Origin: an uncultured Rhodobacteraceae bacterium
GTDB lineage: Bacteria > Pseudomonadota > Alphaproteobacteria > Rhodobacterales > Rhodobacteraceae
Direction of reading: 5' to 3'
Assembly: GCA_947500775.1 (NCBI GenBank)
Contig: CANMTD010000005.1
Coordinates: forward strand, 132,676 to 196,675
DNA length: 64,000 nt
This document shows positions 47,988 through 58,827 of the stretch, in pieces. How positions within the stretch are numbered: position 1 is the first letter of the stretch; the number at the start of each line of letters is the position of its first letter. The notes under the pieces were generated by a model, which had not been told where the DNA came from, made no database searches, and saw only the letters and a program-made list of their open reading frames with translations. The position numbers were made by a program, and so were the translations under genes.

Positions 47988-49208
47988 CTAGCCCCCGTCG
48001 CGCGAAAACCGGGCGGCCAGTTCGACATGCGGCGACCAGCGGAACTGATCGACCACCTGCACCCAGTCCAGCGTGAAACCGGCGTCGGTCAGGGTTTTGG
48101 CGTCGCGGGCAAAGGTGACCGGGTTGCAGGACACCATCGCCACGGTCTGCACCTGCGATTTGGCGATTTCGGCCACCTGCGCCTCGGCCCCGGCGCGGGG
48201 CGGGTCGATGACCACGGCGTCATAGGGTTTCAGCTCATCGGGCATCAGCGGGCGGCGGAACAGATCGCGGGTCTCGGTCGTGACGGTTTTCATGCCCGCG
48301 CCGCGCCGCCAGCCGCGATCAAGGGCGGCCAGCATTTCGGCCTCGCCCTCGACCGCGTGCACCTCGGCCCCTGAGGCCAAAGGCAGGGCAAAGGTGCCGC
48401 AGCCGGCAAACAGATCGACGATACGGCGGGCCGGGCCGACCGCATTTTGCACCGCCTCGGTCAGGGCGGATTGTCCGGCCTTGGTCGCCTGCAAAAACGC
48501 GCCCGCCGGGGGCACGACCATCGCGCCGCCAAACGGTTGAGCGGGGGCCGCGCGTTCGGCCACCAGTTCACCGCCCCATGTCAGACGGGCCAATCCGTGG
48601 TCGTTGACCAACGGCGCAAGGTCCAAAAACAGAGACTGTTCCAGCGGTTTTGCCCCGGAAACCGCCACATCGACGCCAGCGTCCGATTGGGTCAGGGCAA
48701 AGCTGATCTCGCCCTTGCGCGACCCGCCGATGACCGTCATCGCCTCCAGCACCGGGACCACAGCCAACAGGTCGGGATGCAACAGTTTGCACCCCGGCAC
48801 CGCGATAATCACATCCGAGGCGCGGGCGTGAAACCCGACCAGCGCACCCTTTTTGGTGCGGCGCCCGGACAGCGTGGCGCGGCGGCGCGATTGCGGCGGC
48901 GAGGTCAGGATCGGTCGCATCGGCGCGGTCAGCCCCTGCGCCGACAGCGCGGTTTCGACCACATCGGTTTTCCACCCGGCGACAAAACTGTCCGAGGCAT
49001 GTTGCAGGGCGCAGCCACCGCAGCTTTTGAAATGGGTGCAGGGCGGGCGCACGCGATCGGGCGAGGGCGTGACGATGCGCGGATCGGCGATCCGGTCGCC
49101 GGTTACCGTGCCTGCGATCTCTTCTCCCGGCAGGGTCAGCGGCACAAAGACCGGCCCGTCGGCGACCCCGTCGCCCCGATGCCCCAACCGCCGTATCGTG
49201 ATCGTCAT
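47988..49208 (-). CDS. Class I SAM-dependent RNA (uracil-5-)-methyltransferase, RumA/TrmA family
   Basis: N-terminal TRAM-like domain, a Cys cluster (CTHFKSCGGCALQH), SAM motif DLFAGCGTFALPL and C-terminal catalytic VSCNP. Confidence 0.85.
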   Translation of the reverse strand: MTITIRRLGHRGDGVADGPVFVPLTLPGEEIAGTVTGDRIADPRIVTPSPDRVRPPCTHFKSCGGCALQHASDSFVAGWKTDVVETALSAQGLTAPMRPILTSPPQSRRRATLSGRRTKKGALVGFHARASDVIIAVPGCKLLHPDLLAVVPVLEAMTVIGGSRKGEISFALTQSDAGVDVAVSGAKPLEQSLFLDLAPLVNDHGLARLTWGGELVAERAAPAQPFGGAMVVPPAGAFLQATKAGQSALTEAVQNAVGPARRIVDLFAGCGTFALPLASGAEVHAVEGEAEMLAALDRGWRRGAGMKTVTTETRDLFRRPLMPDELKPYDAVVIDPPRAGAEAQVAEIAKSQVQTVAMVSCNPVTFARDAKTLTDAGFTLDWVQVVDQFRWSPHVELAARFSRDGG

Positions 49209-51046
49209 TCTGCCGCCTCTGTCCCGATGAAGCCGCCAGATTGACGTGCCCAGAAGCGCGCGTAAAGCCCATCTTGGGCCAAAAGCGCATCATGCGAGCC
49301 ATCTTCGACGATCCGGCCATCGTCCAGAACCACGATCCGGTCCATATGCGCGATGGTCGACAGGCGGTGGGCGATGGCGATCACGGTCTTGCCCTCCATC
49401 ACGCCGTAAAGCGTGTTCTGAATCGCGGCCTCGACCTCGCTGTCCAGCGCCGATGTCGCCTCGTCCAGCACCAGAATGGGGGCGTCTTTCAGAATGACAC
49501 GGGCCAGGGCCACGCGCTGACGCTGTCCGCCGGACAGTTTAACGCCGCGTTCGCCGACCTGCGCGTCATATCCCTGTCTGCCCTCGGGATCGGACAGATC
49601 AAGGATGAAATCATGCGCCTCGGCCTGTTTGGCGGCGGCGATCATCTGATCCTCGGTCGCGTCGGGACGGCCATAGAGGATGTTGTCGCGCACCGACCGG
49701 TGCAGCAGCGAACTGTCCTGACTGACCATGCCAATCCGGGACCGCAGGCTTTCCTGCGTGACGGTGGTGATGTCCTGCCCGTCGATCCGGATCTTCCCCG
49801 CCTCGGGGTCGTAGAACCGCAACAGCAGCTTGACCAGGGTCGATTTCCCGGCGCCCGAGCGGCCGATCAGACCGACCTTTTCACCCGGACGGATCACCAG
49901 ATCGACCCCCGCCAAACCGCCGCTTTCGCGCCCATAGTGGTGAGTCAGAGCCTGAAACCGCACCTCGCCCGCCATCAGCTCCAGCGGTTTGGCGTCGTCC
50001 CGGTCAACCAATGTGACCGGCTGGGCGATCGTTTCCATCCCTTCGGACACCACCCCGAGCGAGCGGAAGAAACTGGACAGCGCCCACATGATCCAGCCGG
50101 TCATCGCGTTCAGCCGCAGGGTCAGCGCGGTGGCGGCGGCAACCACGCCAACGCTGGCGCTGCCCTGAATCCACAGCGCCACGGCCCAGCCGACAACGCC
50201 CACGATCAACAGCCCGTTCAGCACGGTCAGGGCGACATCCATCGTGGTGAACACCCGCATTTCGGCGGCAAAGGTCCGGCGCGCGTTTTCGATGCTTTCG
50301 CGGGCATAATCCAGCTCGCGCCGGTCATGGGCGAACAGTTTGACCGAATGAATATTGGTATAGCTGTCGACCACCCGGCCGGTGACCTGGCTGCGCGCGT
50401 TCGACGACGCCTTGGAGGCGGGGCCGACCCGGCGCATCGTCCAGCGCACCAGCAGACCATAAAGCGCAAACCAGATCAGCAGCGGCACGGCCAGCCGAAT
50501 ATCCGCCTCGGACAACAGCACAAAGGCGCCGACCAGATAGGCCAGCGCAAAGGTGATCGCGTCAAAGACCTGAAACATCGCCTCGCCCGCCGCAGGGGGG
50601 GTTTGCATGATCCGGTTGGCGATCCGCCCGGCAAAATCGTTTTCAAACCAGCCAACCGATTGACGCAACACATGTTTATGCGCGCGCCACCGGATCAGTG
50701 TGCCGAAATTCGGCAACAGCCCGTTGTTCAGAATCGCCACGGCAAGTCCCTGCACCAGCGGGCGAATGGTCAGGATGAACACCGCCATCAGGATCAGCTC
50801 GGTCCCGTATTGCCGCCACACCTTGGCCGGGGTGCCCGACGACAACAGATCGACCACACGCCCCATGTACCAGATCAACCCGACCTCGATCCCGGCAATG
50901 ACAACCGATAGAATCGCGGCAAAGATCAGCACCTGGCGGAAGGGTCTGGCATATTCCAACAGGAACGGCCAAAGCCGCGTTGGGGGGGTGTCGTTTTCCT
51001 TATAGTCCACATAAGGATCGACAAGCTGTTCGAAATACCGAAACAC
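49205..51046 (-). CDS. ABC exporter, fused permease/ATP-binding protein
   Basis: Six-TM domain followed by Walker A GRSGAGKST, signature LSGGQRQR and Walker B ILVLDEATSALD. The start is taken as GTG at 51046 (VFRYFEQLVDPY), which gives 613 aa. The track ORF start at 51454 would overlap cca. Confidence 0.85.
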   Translation of the reverse strand: MFRYFEQLVDPYVDYKENDTPPTRLWPFLLEYARPFRQVLIFAAILSVVIAGIEVGLIWYMGRVVDLLSSGTPAKVWRQYGTELILMAVFILTIRPLVQGLAVAILNNGLLPNFGTLIRWRAHKHVLRQSVGWFENDFAGRIANRIMQTPPAAGEAMFQVFDAITFALAYLVGAFVLLSEADIRLAVPLLIWFALYGLLVRWTMRRVGPASKASSNARSQVTGRVVDSYTNIHSVKLFAHDRRELDYARESIENARRTFAAEMRVFTTMDVALTVLNGLLIVGVVGWAVALWIQGSASVGVVAAATALTLRLNAMTGWIMWALSSFFRSLGVVSEGMETIAQPVTLVDRDDAKPLELMAGEVRFQALTHHYGRESGGLAGVDLVIRPGEKVGLIGRSGAGKSTLVKLLLRFYDPEAGKIRIDGQDITTVTQESLRSRIGMVSQDSSLLHRSVRDNILYGRPDATEDQMIAAAKQAEAHDFILDLSDPEGRQGYDAQVGERGVKLSGGQRQRVALARVILKDAPILVLDEATSALDSEVEAAIQNTLYGVMEGKTVIAIAHRLSTIAHMDRIVVLDDGRIVEDGSHDALLAQDGLYARFWARQSGGFIGTEAAE

Positions 51047-51174
51047 GGGCGGGCCTGCACCGATGAGTTTAAAAAATGGGGGGTCGTTCCGCTGCGTATA
51101 CCTGCAAATGCGGATAAGGAAAACCACCCCTGCCAAAACTTTGCCGGGCCCGGCGACAATCCCCGCCGGGGCGA

Positions 51175-52323
51175 TCAGCCCAGCAGCTCTGCCCTGGTCA
51201 AAACCAGCCCCGATGCGATCCAGCGATCTTCGATCCGTTTCAGTTCGGCGCCCAGCGCGGCCCCGCTGAAAGCGGGCATCAGATCGGCGGCTTTGACGGG
51301 AAATTCGGCGGCGGCCCCGGTGGCCAGATCGCCCTGCCAGCCGCCGGGAAGCGGCATTTCCAACAGCGCGCCGCGCAACAGGATCACGTCCCGGCCCGCC
51401 TCGGCGCCCAGCCGGTAGCCCAGCGTCAGGGCAGTGTCCCCGGTGCCGACCCAATGGCGCAGCTGCGCCAGCCCGCGCGCCTCGTCACGACTAAGCCGCA
51501 GGTCGATACCATCATTGGCGCCCGCGATGGCCGCCAGCCGACGGATGGCCGAAGGGGCGACATTATGTTCACCTTCAAGATGCACCAGCGGGGCCAGCGC
51601 TTTGACATCCGCGCCCGGCAGAATCTGCGTCAGAACCCCAGATTGCGCCATCGCAGCGGTGCTGGGCGCGGGATCGGGGGCAGCCAGCAGTTTTTTCATT
51701 TCCGCACCGACGCGTTCCTTCGAAAGTGTCTCTATTCCGCCTGAAAGCGCGGCACAGGCGGCCAAGCCTTCGGCGTCCAGCCCGTCCTCATCCCGGCCAT
51801 ACCAGGCGTGAAACCGGAAAAACCGCAGGATACGCAGGTAATCTTCGCGAATCCGGGCGCCGGCGTCGTCGATGAACCGGACCCGCCGCGCCAGAAGGTC
51901 GGGCAGACCGCCCAAGGGATCGATGATCTTGCCATCGGGGCGGGCATAAAGCGCGTTCATCGTGAAATCGCGACGATGCGCATCCTCGGCCGGGTCGGTG
52001 GTATAGGCGACAACCGCGCGCCGCCCATCGGTTTCGACATCGTGGCGAAAGGTCGTGATTTCGAACGGGTGGTGATTGACCACAACCGTGACCGTGCCGT
52101 GGTCGATGCCGGTTGGAATCGCGTGGAACCCGGCCTGTTTGGCCAGCGCCATCACTTGTTCCGGCAAGGCGTCGGTGGCGATGTCGATATCGCTGACCGG
52201 GGCGGCCAACAGCGCGTTGCGCACACAGCCGCCGACAAACAGCGCCTGCCACCCGGCAGCGGTCAGCATCCGACACACGGTCTGCGTTTCGGGCGCATCT
52301 ATCCAGGGTTCGATAATTCGCAT
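51175..52323 (-). CDS. cca: CCA tRNA nucleotidyltransferase (PolyA-polymerase head-domain family)
   Basis: Contains FVGGCVRNALL...DIDIAT and RDFTMNALY. Confidence 0.85.
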   Translation of the reverse strand: MRIIEPWIDAPETQTVCRMLTAAGWQALFVGGCVRNALLAAPVSDIDIATDALPEQVMALAKQAGFHAIPTGIDHGTVTVVVNHHPFEITTFRHDVETDGRRAVVAYTTDPAEDAHRRDFTMNALYARPDGKIIDPLGGLPDLLARRVRFIDDAGARIREDYLRILRFFRFHAWYGRDEDGLDAEGLAACAALSGGIETLSKERVGAEMKKLLAAPDPAPSTAAMAQSGVLTQILPGADVKALAPLVHLEGEHNVAPSAIRRLAAIAGANDGIDLRLSRDEARGLAQLRHWVGTGDTALTLGYRLGAEAGRDVILLRGALLEMPLPGGWQGDLATGAAAEFPVKAADLMPAFSGAALGAELKRIEDRWIASGLVLTRAELLG

Positions 52324-52925
52324 CAGGGCACCATCCGGTCGGCCAGCCCGCGCAGAATACGCGCGGTCGCGCCCCAGATATAATAGGGACCGTAAGGCAC
52401 GGTGAAATAGCGGCGTTGCTGTCCGGCCCAGCGCCGGGACTGGATGACAAACCGCGCGGGGTCGATCACATGGGCCAGCGGGACGGTAAACACCTCGTCC
52501 ACCTCGCCCGCTTCGGGTTTGGCGTCGAATCTGTCTCTGACAAAGCCCAAAACCGGCGTCACGGCAAAGCCGGTGACGGTTTCATGGCTGGGCAAAGTGC
52601 CCAGAACCTCGACCTTGTCGGGGGTCAGGCCGATCTCTTCGCGGGCTTCGCGCAGGGCGGCGGCCACGGCATCGGCGTCGCCCGCATCCTGTTTGCCACC
52701 AGCAAAGGCGATCTGGCCCGGGTGATGTTGCAGCCGGGACGACCGTTTGGTCAGAATCACCTGCGCGCCACCGGCCGCATCCTGCACCGCCACCAGAACC
52801 GACGCCGGGCGCAGTTTGCGGCCCGCGGGCAGGACGGTGGATGGGTTCAGATCATAGTCGGACGAGGCGGCACCCGCATGGGTCGCCGCCTGTTGCAACC
52901 GGAGATAGGCCTCAGGCCCCGTCAC
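52323..52925 (-). CDS. CoA pyrophosphatase (NUDIX hydrolase)
   Basis: Contains VILTKRSSRLQHHPGQIAFAGGKQD and Nudix box AALREAREEIGL. Its stop overlaps the cca start (TGATG). Confidence 0.8.
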   Translation of the reverse strand: MTGPEAYLRLQQAATHAGAASSDYDLNPSTVLPAGRKLRPASVLVAVQDAAGGAQVILTKRSSRLQHHPGQIAFAGGKQDAGDADAVAAALREAREEIGLTPDKVEVLGTLPSHETVTGFAVTPVLGFVRDRFDAKPEAGEVDEVFTVPLAHVIDPARFVIQSRRWAGQQRRYFTVPYGPYYIWGATARILRGLADRMVP

Positions 52926-53913
52926 CCGGCATCTCCTTCGCCTCGAACCCGACGGTGGCCGGGTCCAGCACGTAATGCGCCCCGCAGAACTGGCAATCGG
53001 CGGTGACGGTTCCGGCCTCGGTCGTCATGTGGCCGATGTCCTTGGCCGAATAGATCGACAGGCTTTGGCGTACCTTATCCTCGGAACAGGTGCAGCCAAA
53101 GCTGATCGGCTGGGCATCGAAGACCCGCGGCCCTTCTTCGTGAAACAGGCGCACCAGCAGATCGGTGGGCTGGACGGTCGGGCCGATCAGCTCCAGCTCT
53201 TCGACCGTATCCAGCAACAGGTTGGCGCGGTTCCAGTTTTCCTGTTCATCGTCGGTCAGGATATCGGCGGCACTTAGCAGCCCCTGATCGCCGGTCGCAC
53301 CGTCGTTTGCCACGAAAGGCGAAGCTTTGGGCATATGTTGCAGCATCACGCCGCCCGCGCGCCAGCGTTCGTCCTGCCCGGGCAGGATCGAGCGGCCAAA
53401 GTTCAGCGAAAACCGGGTGGGCAACTGTTCGGACTGGGCGAAATACGCCTCGGCGCAATCGGACAGCGACGTACCGGCGATGGGGGTGATGCCCTGATAG
53501 GGCACGTTGCCTTCGCCCTGATCGATCAGAATCGCCAGATAGCCCTTGCCGATCTGATCGAACGGGTTCTGATCCAGCGACAGGCGTTCGTCGTCATAGC
53601 TTGCATAGGCACGGACGCGGGCGGGGGCCCCATCTTCGGTCGGGCCATAGTAATCGGTGGCGATCAGGCGCGCCGGGCCATCGCCGCGCACCTGCAGTGA
53701 CAGTTTCCAGCGCAGCTTGATCGTCTGCCCGATCATCGCGGTCAGCAACGCAGCCTCGGCCACCAATGCCTCGATCGGGGCGGGATAATTGTGCTGGGCC
53801 AGAACCTGATCCAGCACACCATCAAGCCGGGCCACGCGGCCACGAATATCGCTTTGGTCAAGCTGGAAGGGCAGGACGGTATCGTCCCAGGCGATTTGAG
53901 ATCCGAGTGACAT
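52912..53913 (-). CDS. hslO: Hsp33-family redox-regulated chaperone
   Basis: 333 aa with the C-terminal zinc centre CTCS...CQFCG. Confidence 0.9.
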   Translation of the reverse strand: MSLGSQIAWDDTVLPFQLDQSDIRGRVARLDGVLDQVLAQHNYPAPIEALVAEAALLTAMIGQTIKLRWKLSLQVRGDGPARLIATDYYGPTEDGAPARVRAYASYDDERLSLDQNPFDQIGKGYLAILIDQGEGNVPYQGITPIAGTSLSDCAEAYFAQSEQLPTRFSLNFGRSILPGQDERWRAGGVMLQHMPKASPFVANDGATGDQGLLSAADILTDDEQENWNRANLLLDTVEELELIGPTVQPTDLLVRLFHEEGPRVFDAQPISFGCTCSEDKVRQSLSIYSAKDIGHMTTEAGTVTADCQFCGAHYVLDPATVGFEAKEMPGDGA

Positions 53914-53989
53914 GGGGTTTCCTTACGCGTCTTGCGTTGGCATACCGCGACTATATAGGCGGGGCAACCGCAGGAAAAAGGGGTCAGAG

Positions 53990-54427
53990 GTGATCAGACG
54001 TTTTGGAGAGCCGTTCGAGGCGGACCAGAAATACCGCTTACGCCACGGAGTTTATGCCATTTTGCCCCGGAAAAACGCCCTGCTGGTGACGCATCAGGCC
54101 GAACCGCTGAACGAATTTCAACTGCCCGGCGGCGGCATCGATCCGGGCGAATCGCCCCTGACCGCCCTGCACCGCGAGGTGTTCGAGGAAACCGGATGGC
54201 GGATTGCGCCGCGGCGAAAGCTGGGGGTCTTTCGCCGGTTCACCTTTATGCCCGACTATGATTTCTGGGCCGAAAAGATCTGTCATATCTATCTGGCCCA
54301 ACCGGTGCGCCCGCACGGGCCGCCCAGCGAACCGGGCCACACCGCCACATGGATGGGGGTCGAGGATGCGGTTTCGCTGTTGGGCAATGCCGGTGACCGG
54401 CATTTTGTGCAAAGCTTTTTCGCCTGA
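53990..54427 (+). CDS. NUDIX hydrolase
   Basis: Nudix box LPGGGIDPGESPLTALHREVFEETGW. GTG at 53990 is preferred because the upstream ATG at 53912 would overlap the hslO start. Confidence 0.7.
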   Translation: MIRRFGEPFEADQKYRLRHGVYAILPRKNALLVTHQAEPLNEFQLPGGGIDPGESPLTALHREVFEETGWRIAPRRKLGVFRRFTFMPDYDFWAEKICHIYLAQPVRPHGPPSEPGHTATWMGVEDAVSLLGNAGDRHFVQSFFA

Positions 54428-54440
54428 AACGGCGCGCTGA

Positions 54441-55679
54441 TTACTGCGGCCCGTCATATTCCAGCAAGACCGCCGACACATCATCGTCCGGCTGACCCGG
54501 TGACAGGCTGGATGTCAGTTGCCAGAACATATCGTCCAGCATTTCCGGCCCGCTTTGCGCGGCACAGCCGCGCAGGATATCGGCCAGCCCCTCCTCCTCC
54601 AGCATCCCGCCGCCGGGCAGGGTGCTTTCGGTGAAGCCATCGGAATAAAACAGGATGCGATCGCCGGGGTTCAGTTTCACATCGAAGCTTTCGAATTTCA
54701 TGTCGGGCAACAACCCGACGGGCGCACCCCCGGTTCCGACAAATTCGATCTGTCCGCCTGCCCGTTGGATCACCGGGTGCGGATGCCCGGCCTGTACGAT
54801 CCGTATATGCCCGTTGCGCAGGTCGGCAATGCCGTAGGCCATGGTGAAATATTCCTCGACCCCGGTGTCGGACATCAGCCGTTCGTTCAATATCTGCGCC
54901 ACCTCATCGGGCGGGCGCATGGCGTAAAACCGTTCCAGCCGCAGTTCCAGCGCGATGTTCTGTTCCAGAAACCGCCCGCTCAGATACCCCGCCAGACGCG
55001 CGGTCATCATCGCCGAGGTGATGCCATGTCCGGACACATCGATATTATAGAACCCCAGCCGATCCGGCCCCGGGCTGAACACGCCAACCAGATCACCGCC
55101 GATATGCCCGCAGGGTTTCAGCAGCATCGAAACCTGTGATCGGCCAATTTCGACGTGCCGGTCGGGCACCAGCGAATCCTGAATATTCCGCGCCTGCGCC
55201 AGATCGCGGTCAATCGAATCATACAGCCCCTGCAATTCATCCAGCGCCGATCCGATGATCTGGTTCTTGGCGCTGAGTTCGTGTTCCATATTCAGGATAC
55301 GTTCGCTGGCCGAAAGGCGGGCGCGCAGTTCGCTTGAATTGACCGGCTTGGTCAGAAAATCATCGGCGCCGACCTCTAGCCCGTGCACCATTTCGCTGGA
55401 CGAGGATTTAGAGGTCAGAAGAATGAAATACCCGTATGTATCCCGCCTTAGCTCTCTGAATTTCTTGCAAAATTCCAGCCCGCTCATCCCCGGCATCATC
55501 CAGTCGCTGATGATGATATCGATACGCCGGGCGGCACAGATTGCCAGGGCTTCGGTGCCTGACCCGGCCTCGGTCACCCTGAACCCCCATTTGTCCAGCA
55601 GCACGCGCAGAATACGCCGCTGAACCCGGCTGTCATCCACCAGCAAAACGGATTTCTGCGCTTGGGGCCGGGCGTTCAT
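54441..55679 (-). CDS. Response-regulator receiver domain fused to a PP2C/SpoIIE-type serine phosphatase (RsbU-like)
   Basis: Receiver VLLVDDSRVQRRIL...IIISDWMMPGMSG...LLTSK, then a coiled linker and PP2C motifs (GGDLVGVF, DVSGHGITSA, LFYSDGFTE). Confidence 0.85.
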   Translation of the reverse strand: MNARPQAQKSVLLVDDSRVQRRILRVLLDKWGFRVTEAGSGTEALAICAARRIDIIISDWMMPGMSGLEFCKKFRELRRDTYGYFILLTSKSSSSEMVHGLEVGADDFLTKPVNSSELRARLSASERILNMEHELSAKNQIIGSALDELQGLYDSIDRDLAQARNIQDSLVPDRHVEIGRSQVSMLLKPCGHIGGDLVGVFSPGPDRLGFYNIDVSGHGITSAMMTARLAGYLSGRFLEQNIALELRLERFYAMRPPDEVAQILNERLMSDTGVEEYFTMAYGIADLRNGHIRIVQAGHPHPVIQRAGGQIEFVGTGGAPVGLLPDMKFESFDVKLNPGDRILFYSDGFTESTLPGGGMLEEEGLADILRGCAAQSGPEMLDDMFWQLTSSLSPGQPDDDVSAVLLEYDGPQ

Positions 55680-55883
55680 ATCCGGATCGCGGCGGGTTAC
55701 TTTTTCAATCGCAGAGGACACAAAACACCAATCTATCAAGCTACGTTGCCCCGTTTTAGGCCCGCGCTTCTTAATGTCTGGTGAAAGTTAAGGTTCTAAT
55801 CATTTCACCTTCGACGCACACCGCTTGTTAAGCCATTCTGGCCTAGTCTTCATTGCGGAGGGCAGGCCAAACCGGAGGATGCC

Positions 55884-56219
55884 ATGGTCGACTGGAAACG
55901 CGCAGAGGAATTGAAAGACGAGGTCGGGGAAGAAGCCTTTTTAGAGGTGGTCGAGCTGTTTCTGGAAGAGGTGGATGAGGTGATGACCCGACTGACCACC
56001 GCGCAAGGACCGGGGCGCCTGTTGGACGATCTGCATTTCCTGAAAGGCTCGGCGATGAGTCTGGGGTTCAAGACGCTGGCCGATCGCTGCGCCGAAAATG
56101 AGGCCATGGCCCGCAAAACCGGGCCGGATTCGGTCGATATCACCCATCTGGCCGATATTTATACCGTCTCGCGGCGGGAATTTCTGGGACGCTTCAATGT
56201 AGGCGAGGCCGCCGCCTAG
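55884..56219 (+). CDS. Single-domain histidine phosphotransfer (Hpt) protein
   Basis: 111 aa with the Hpt signature HFLKGSAMSLGF. Confidence 0.8.
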   Translation: MVDWKRAEELKDEVGEEAFLEVVELFLEEVDEVMTRLTTAQGPGRLLDDLHFLKGSAMSLGFKTLADRCAENEAMARKTGPDSVDITHLADIYTVSRREFLGRFNVGEAAA

Positions 56220-57463
56220 ATCATGAACTGCGCCAGCAATTCGTCGTTCGTGATGTCCTGATAGACAAACCCGGCGGCATCCAACTTACCAAACAGCACC
56301 TGAAAATTATCGGCCTGACGGGTTTCGATGCCGATCAGAACCGATCCAAAGTTACGCGCCGATTTCTTAAGGTATTCGAACCGGGCGATATCGTCGTCCG
56401 GACCCAGCATTTCCAGAAAATCGCGCAAGGCGCCGGGGCGCTGCGGCAGGCGCAGGATGAAATATTTCTTCACCCCGGAATAGCGCTGGGCGCGCTCCTT
56501 GACCTCGGGCAGGCGTTCGAAATCGAAATTGCCGCCAGAGGTGACACAGACCACGCGTTTGCCTTTGATCTGATCCGCCAGATCCGTCAAAGCATCCAAC
56601 GCCAGTGCGCCTGCGGGCTCCAACACGACGCCTTCGACATTCAGCATCTCAAGAATGGTGGTACAAATCCGGTCTTCGGGCGCCTGCAGGATGTCGTTCG
56701 GGTCGATATCTTTCAACACCGCAAAGGTGCGGGCGCCGATCTTGGCGACTGCCGCGCCATCGACAAAGGTATCCACCTGCGGCAAGGCCACGGGTTCCCC
56801 CGCCGCAACCGCCGCCGCCAGCGATGCGCCCCCGGCCGGTTCCACAAAAATCACCCGCGTCTGGGGCGCCAGTTCGCGCAGCACCGACACAACGCCCGAC
56901 GCCAGCCCGCCACCGCCCACCGGCAGGATCAGAATGTCGGGGGCGGTGCCCAGCTCATCCAGAATTTCGATCGCGACAGAGGCCTGACCTTCGATCACAT
57001 CGTCGTCGTCAAAGGGCGACAGGAAATGCGCGCCAACCTGCGCGCAATAGGCCTGGGCCGAGGCAAGCGCATCGTCGAAATAGTCACCAACCAACCTGAT
57101 TTCGACGTTATCGCCGCCGAATGTCCGCGTCTTGGCAATCTTCTGCTGCGGGGTCGTGACCGGCATGTAGATCACGCCATGCACGTCGAAATGGCGACAG
57201 ATATAGGCCACTCCCTGCGCGTGATTGCCCGCACTGGCACAGACGAAAATCTTCTGTTCGGGGGTTTGCGCCAGAACCTTGCGCATGGCATTCAGCGCGC
57301 CACGGATCTTATAGGATCGGACCGGCGACAAATCTTCGCGTTTCAGCCAGATATCGGCCCCGTATTGCGCCGAAAGGTGATCGTTGCGTTGCAGCGGCGT
57401 GGCGGGAAACACCGGGCGCATCGCCTGAACCGCCGCCCGCGCCTTATCCTGAAAATCTGTCAT
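56216..57463 (-). CDS. ilvA: Threonine ammonia-lyase (biosynthetic threonine dehydratase, single ACT-like domain form)
   Basis: PLP motif SYKIRGA, plus GGGGL and a C-terminal regulatory domain. ATG at 57463 ([12 protein letters not shown]). Confidence 0.9.
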   Translation of the reverse strand: MTDFQDKARAAVQAMRPVFPATPLQRNDHLSAQYGADIWLKREDLSPVRSYKIRGALNAMRKVLAQTPEQKIFVCASAGNHAQGVAYICRHFDVHGVIYMPVTTPQQKIAKTRTFGGDNVEIRLVGDYFDDALASAQAYCAQVGAHFLSPFDDDDVIEGQASVAIEILDELGTAPDILILPVGGGGLASGVVSVLRELAPQTRVIFVEPAGGASLAAAVAAGEPVALPQVDTFVDGAAVAKIGARTFAVLKDIDPNDILQAPEDRICTTILEMLNVEGVVLEPAGALALDALTDLADQIKGKRVVCVTSGGNFDFERLPEVKERAQRYSGVKKYFILRLPQRPGALRDFLEMLGPDDDIARFEYLKKSARNFGSVLIGIETRQADNFQVLFGKLDAAGFVYQDITNDELLAQFMI

Positions 57464-57600
57464 CCGTGATCTGTCGCGCACCCCGCGCCCCGGATCAAGG
57501 GGCAATTCAGCGCGCCGAGGCCCCAAAGAATGCTGGCAAAACTTGCCCTGCCCCGCAAAACCGGATATCGCGCCTGCGTTACACGCAAAAGGATCGCTGC

Positions 57601-58827
57601 ATGTCTGCTCCCAAAAAAGTTGTTCTGGCCTATTCCGGCGGGCTGGATACCTCGATCATTCTGAAATGGCTGCAAACCGAATACGGCTGCGAGGTGGTGA
57701 CATTCACCGCCGATCTGGGACAGGGAGAAGAACTGGAACCCGCACGCGCCAAGGCCGAGCTGTTGGGGATCAAACCCGAAAATATCTTTATCGAAGATGT
57801 GCGCGAAGAATTCGTCCGGGATTTCGTGTTCCCGATGTTCCGCGCCAATGCGGTTTACGAAGGTCTGTATCTGCTGGGCACTTCGATCGCGCGCCCGCTG
57901 ATTTCCAAACGCCTGATCGAGATTGCCGAAGAAACCGGCGCCGACGCCGTGGCCCATGGCGCCACCGGCAAGGGCAACGATCAGGTGCGGTTCGAACTGG
58001 CCGCCTATGCGCTGAACCCCGATATTCAGGTGATCGCGCCCTGGCGCGAATGGGACCTGTCCAGCCGGACCAAACTGTTGGAATTTGCCGAACAGCACCA
58101 GATTCCGGTCGCAAAGGACAAACGCGGCGAAGCGCCGTTCAGCGTGGATGCGAACCTGTTGCACACCTCGTCCGAGGGCAAGGTGCTGGAAGACCCCGCA
58201 CAGGATGCGCCCGACTATGTCTATCAGCGCACCGTCCACCCCGAAGATGCACCGAACGAGCCCGAATTCATCGAGGTTGGCTTTGAAAAAGGCGACGCGG
58301 TCAGCATCAACGGCGAAGCGATGTCGCCCGCAACCATCCTGACCAGGCTGAACGAGCTGGGCGGCAAACACGGCTGTGGCCGTCTTGATCTGGTCGAAGG
58401 CCGGTTCGTCGGCATGAAATCGCGCGGGATATACGAAACCCCCGGCGGCACCCTGTTGCTTGAAGCGCACCGCGGCATCGAATCCATCACCATGGACCGC
58501 GGCGCGATGCACCTGAAAGATGAGCTGATGCCGAAATACGCCGAGCTGATCTATAACGGGTTCTGGTACAGCCCCGAACGCGAAATGCTGCAGGCCGCGA
58601 TCGACAAATCGCAGGAACATGTGACCGGCACCGTGCGGCTGAAACTGTACAAGGGCCACGTGCGCACCGTTGGCCGCTGGTCCGATCACAGCCTGTATTC
58701 CGAAGAACACGTCACGTTTGAGGATGACGCAGGCGCCTATGATCAGAAAGACGCCGCCGGGTTCATCAAGCTGAACGCGCTGCGGCTGCGGCTGATTGCG
58801 ATGCGCAACCGGCGCCTGAAAGGATGA
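57601..58827 (+). CDS. argG: Argininosuccinate synthase
   Basis: Begins [18 protein letters not shown]; also [15 protein letters not shown]. 408 aa. Confidence 0.97.
   Translation: MSAPKKVVLAYSGGLDTSIILKWLQTEYGCEVVTFTADLGQGEELEPARAKAELLGIKPENIFIEDVREEFVRDFVFPMFRANAVYEGLYLLGTSIARPLISKRLIEIAEETGADAVAHGATGKGNDQVRFELAAYALNPDIQVIAPWREWDLSSRTKLLEFAEQHQIPVAKDKRGEAPFSVDANLLHTSSEGKVLEDPAQDAPDYVYQRTVHPEDAPNEPEFIEVGFEKGDAVSINGEAMSPATILTRLNELGGKHGCGRLDLVEGRFVGMKSRGIYETPGGTLLLEAHRGIESITMDRGAMHLKDELMPKYAELIYNGFWYSPEREMLQAAIDKSQEHVTGTVRLKLYKGHVRTVGRWSDHSLYSEEHVTFEDDAGAYDQKDAAGFIKLNALRLRLIAMRNRRLKG

Noticed and set aside
51047-51454. N-terminal extension of the ABC exporter ORF (track start at 51454). Similar 5' extensions occur on kdsD (1604), galU (14470), ilvA (57526), argG (57466), the RR-PP2C gene (55739) and the NUDIX gene (53912).
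   Set aside because: The extensions overlap the upstream gene or consist of Arg/Gly-rich sequence. In each case an internal start with a Shine-Dalgarno, or the conserved protein N-terminus, lies downstream.
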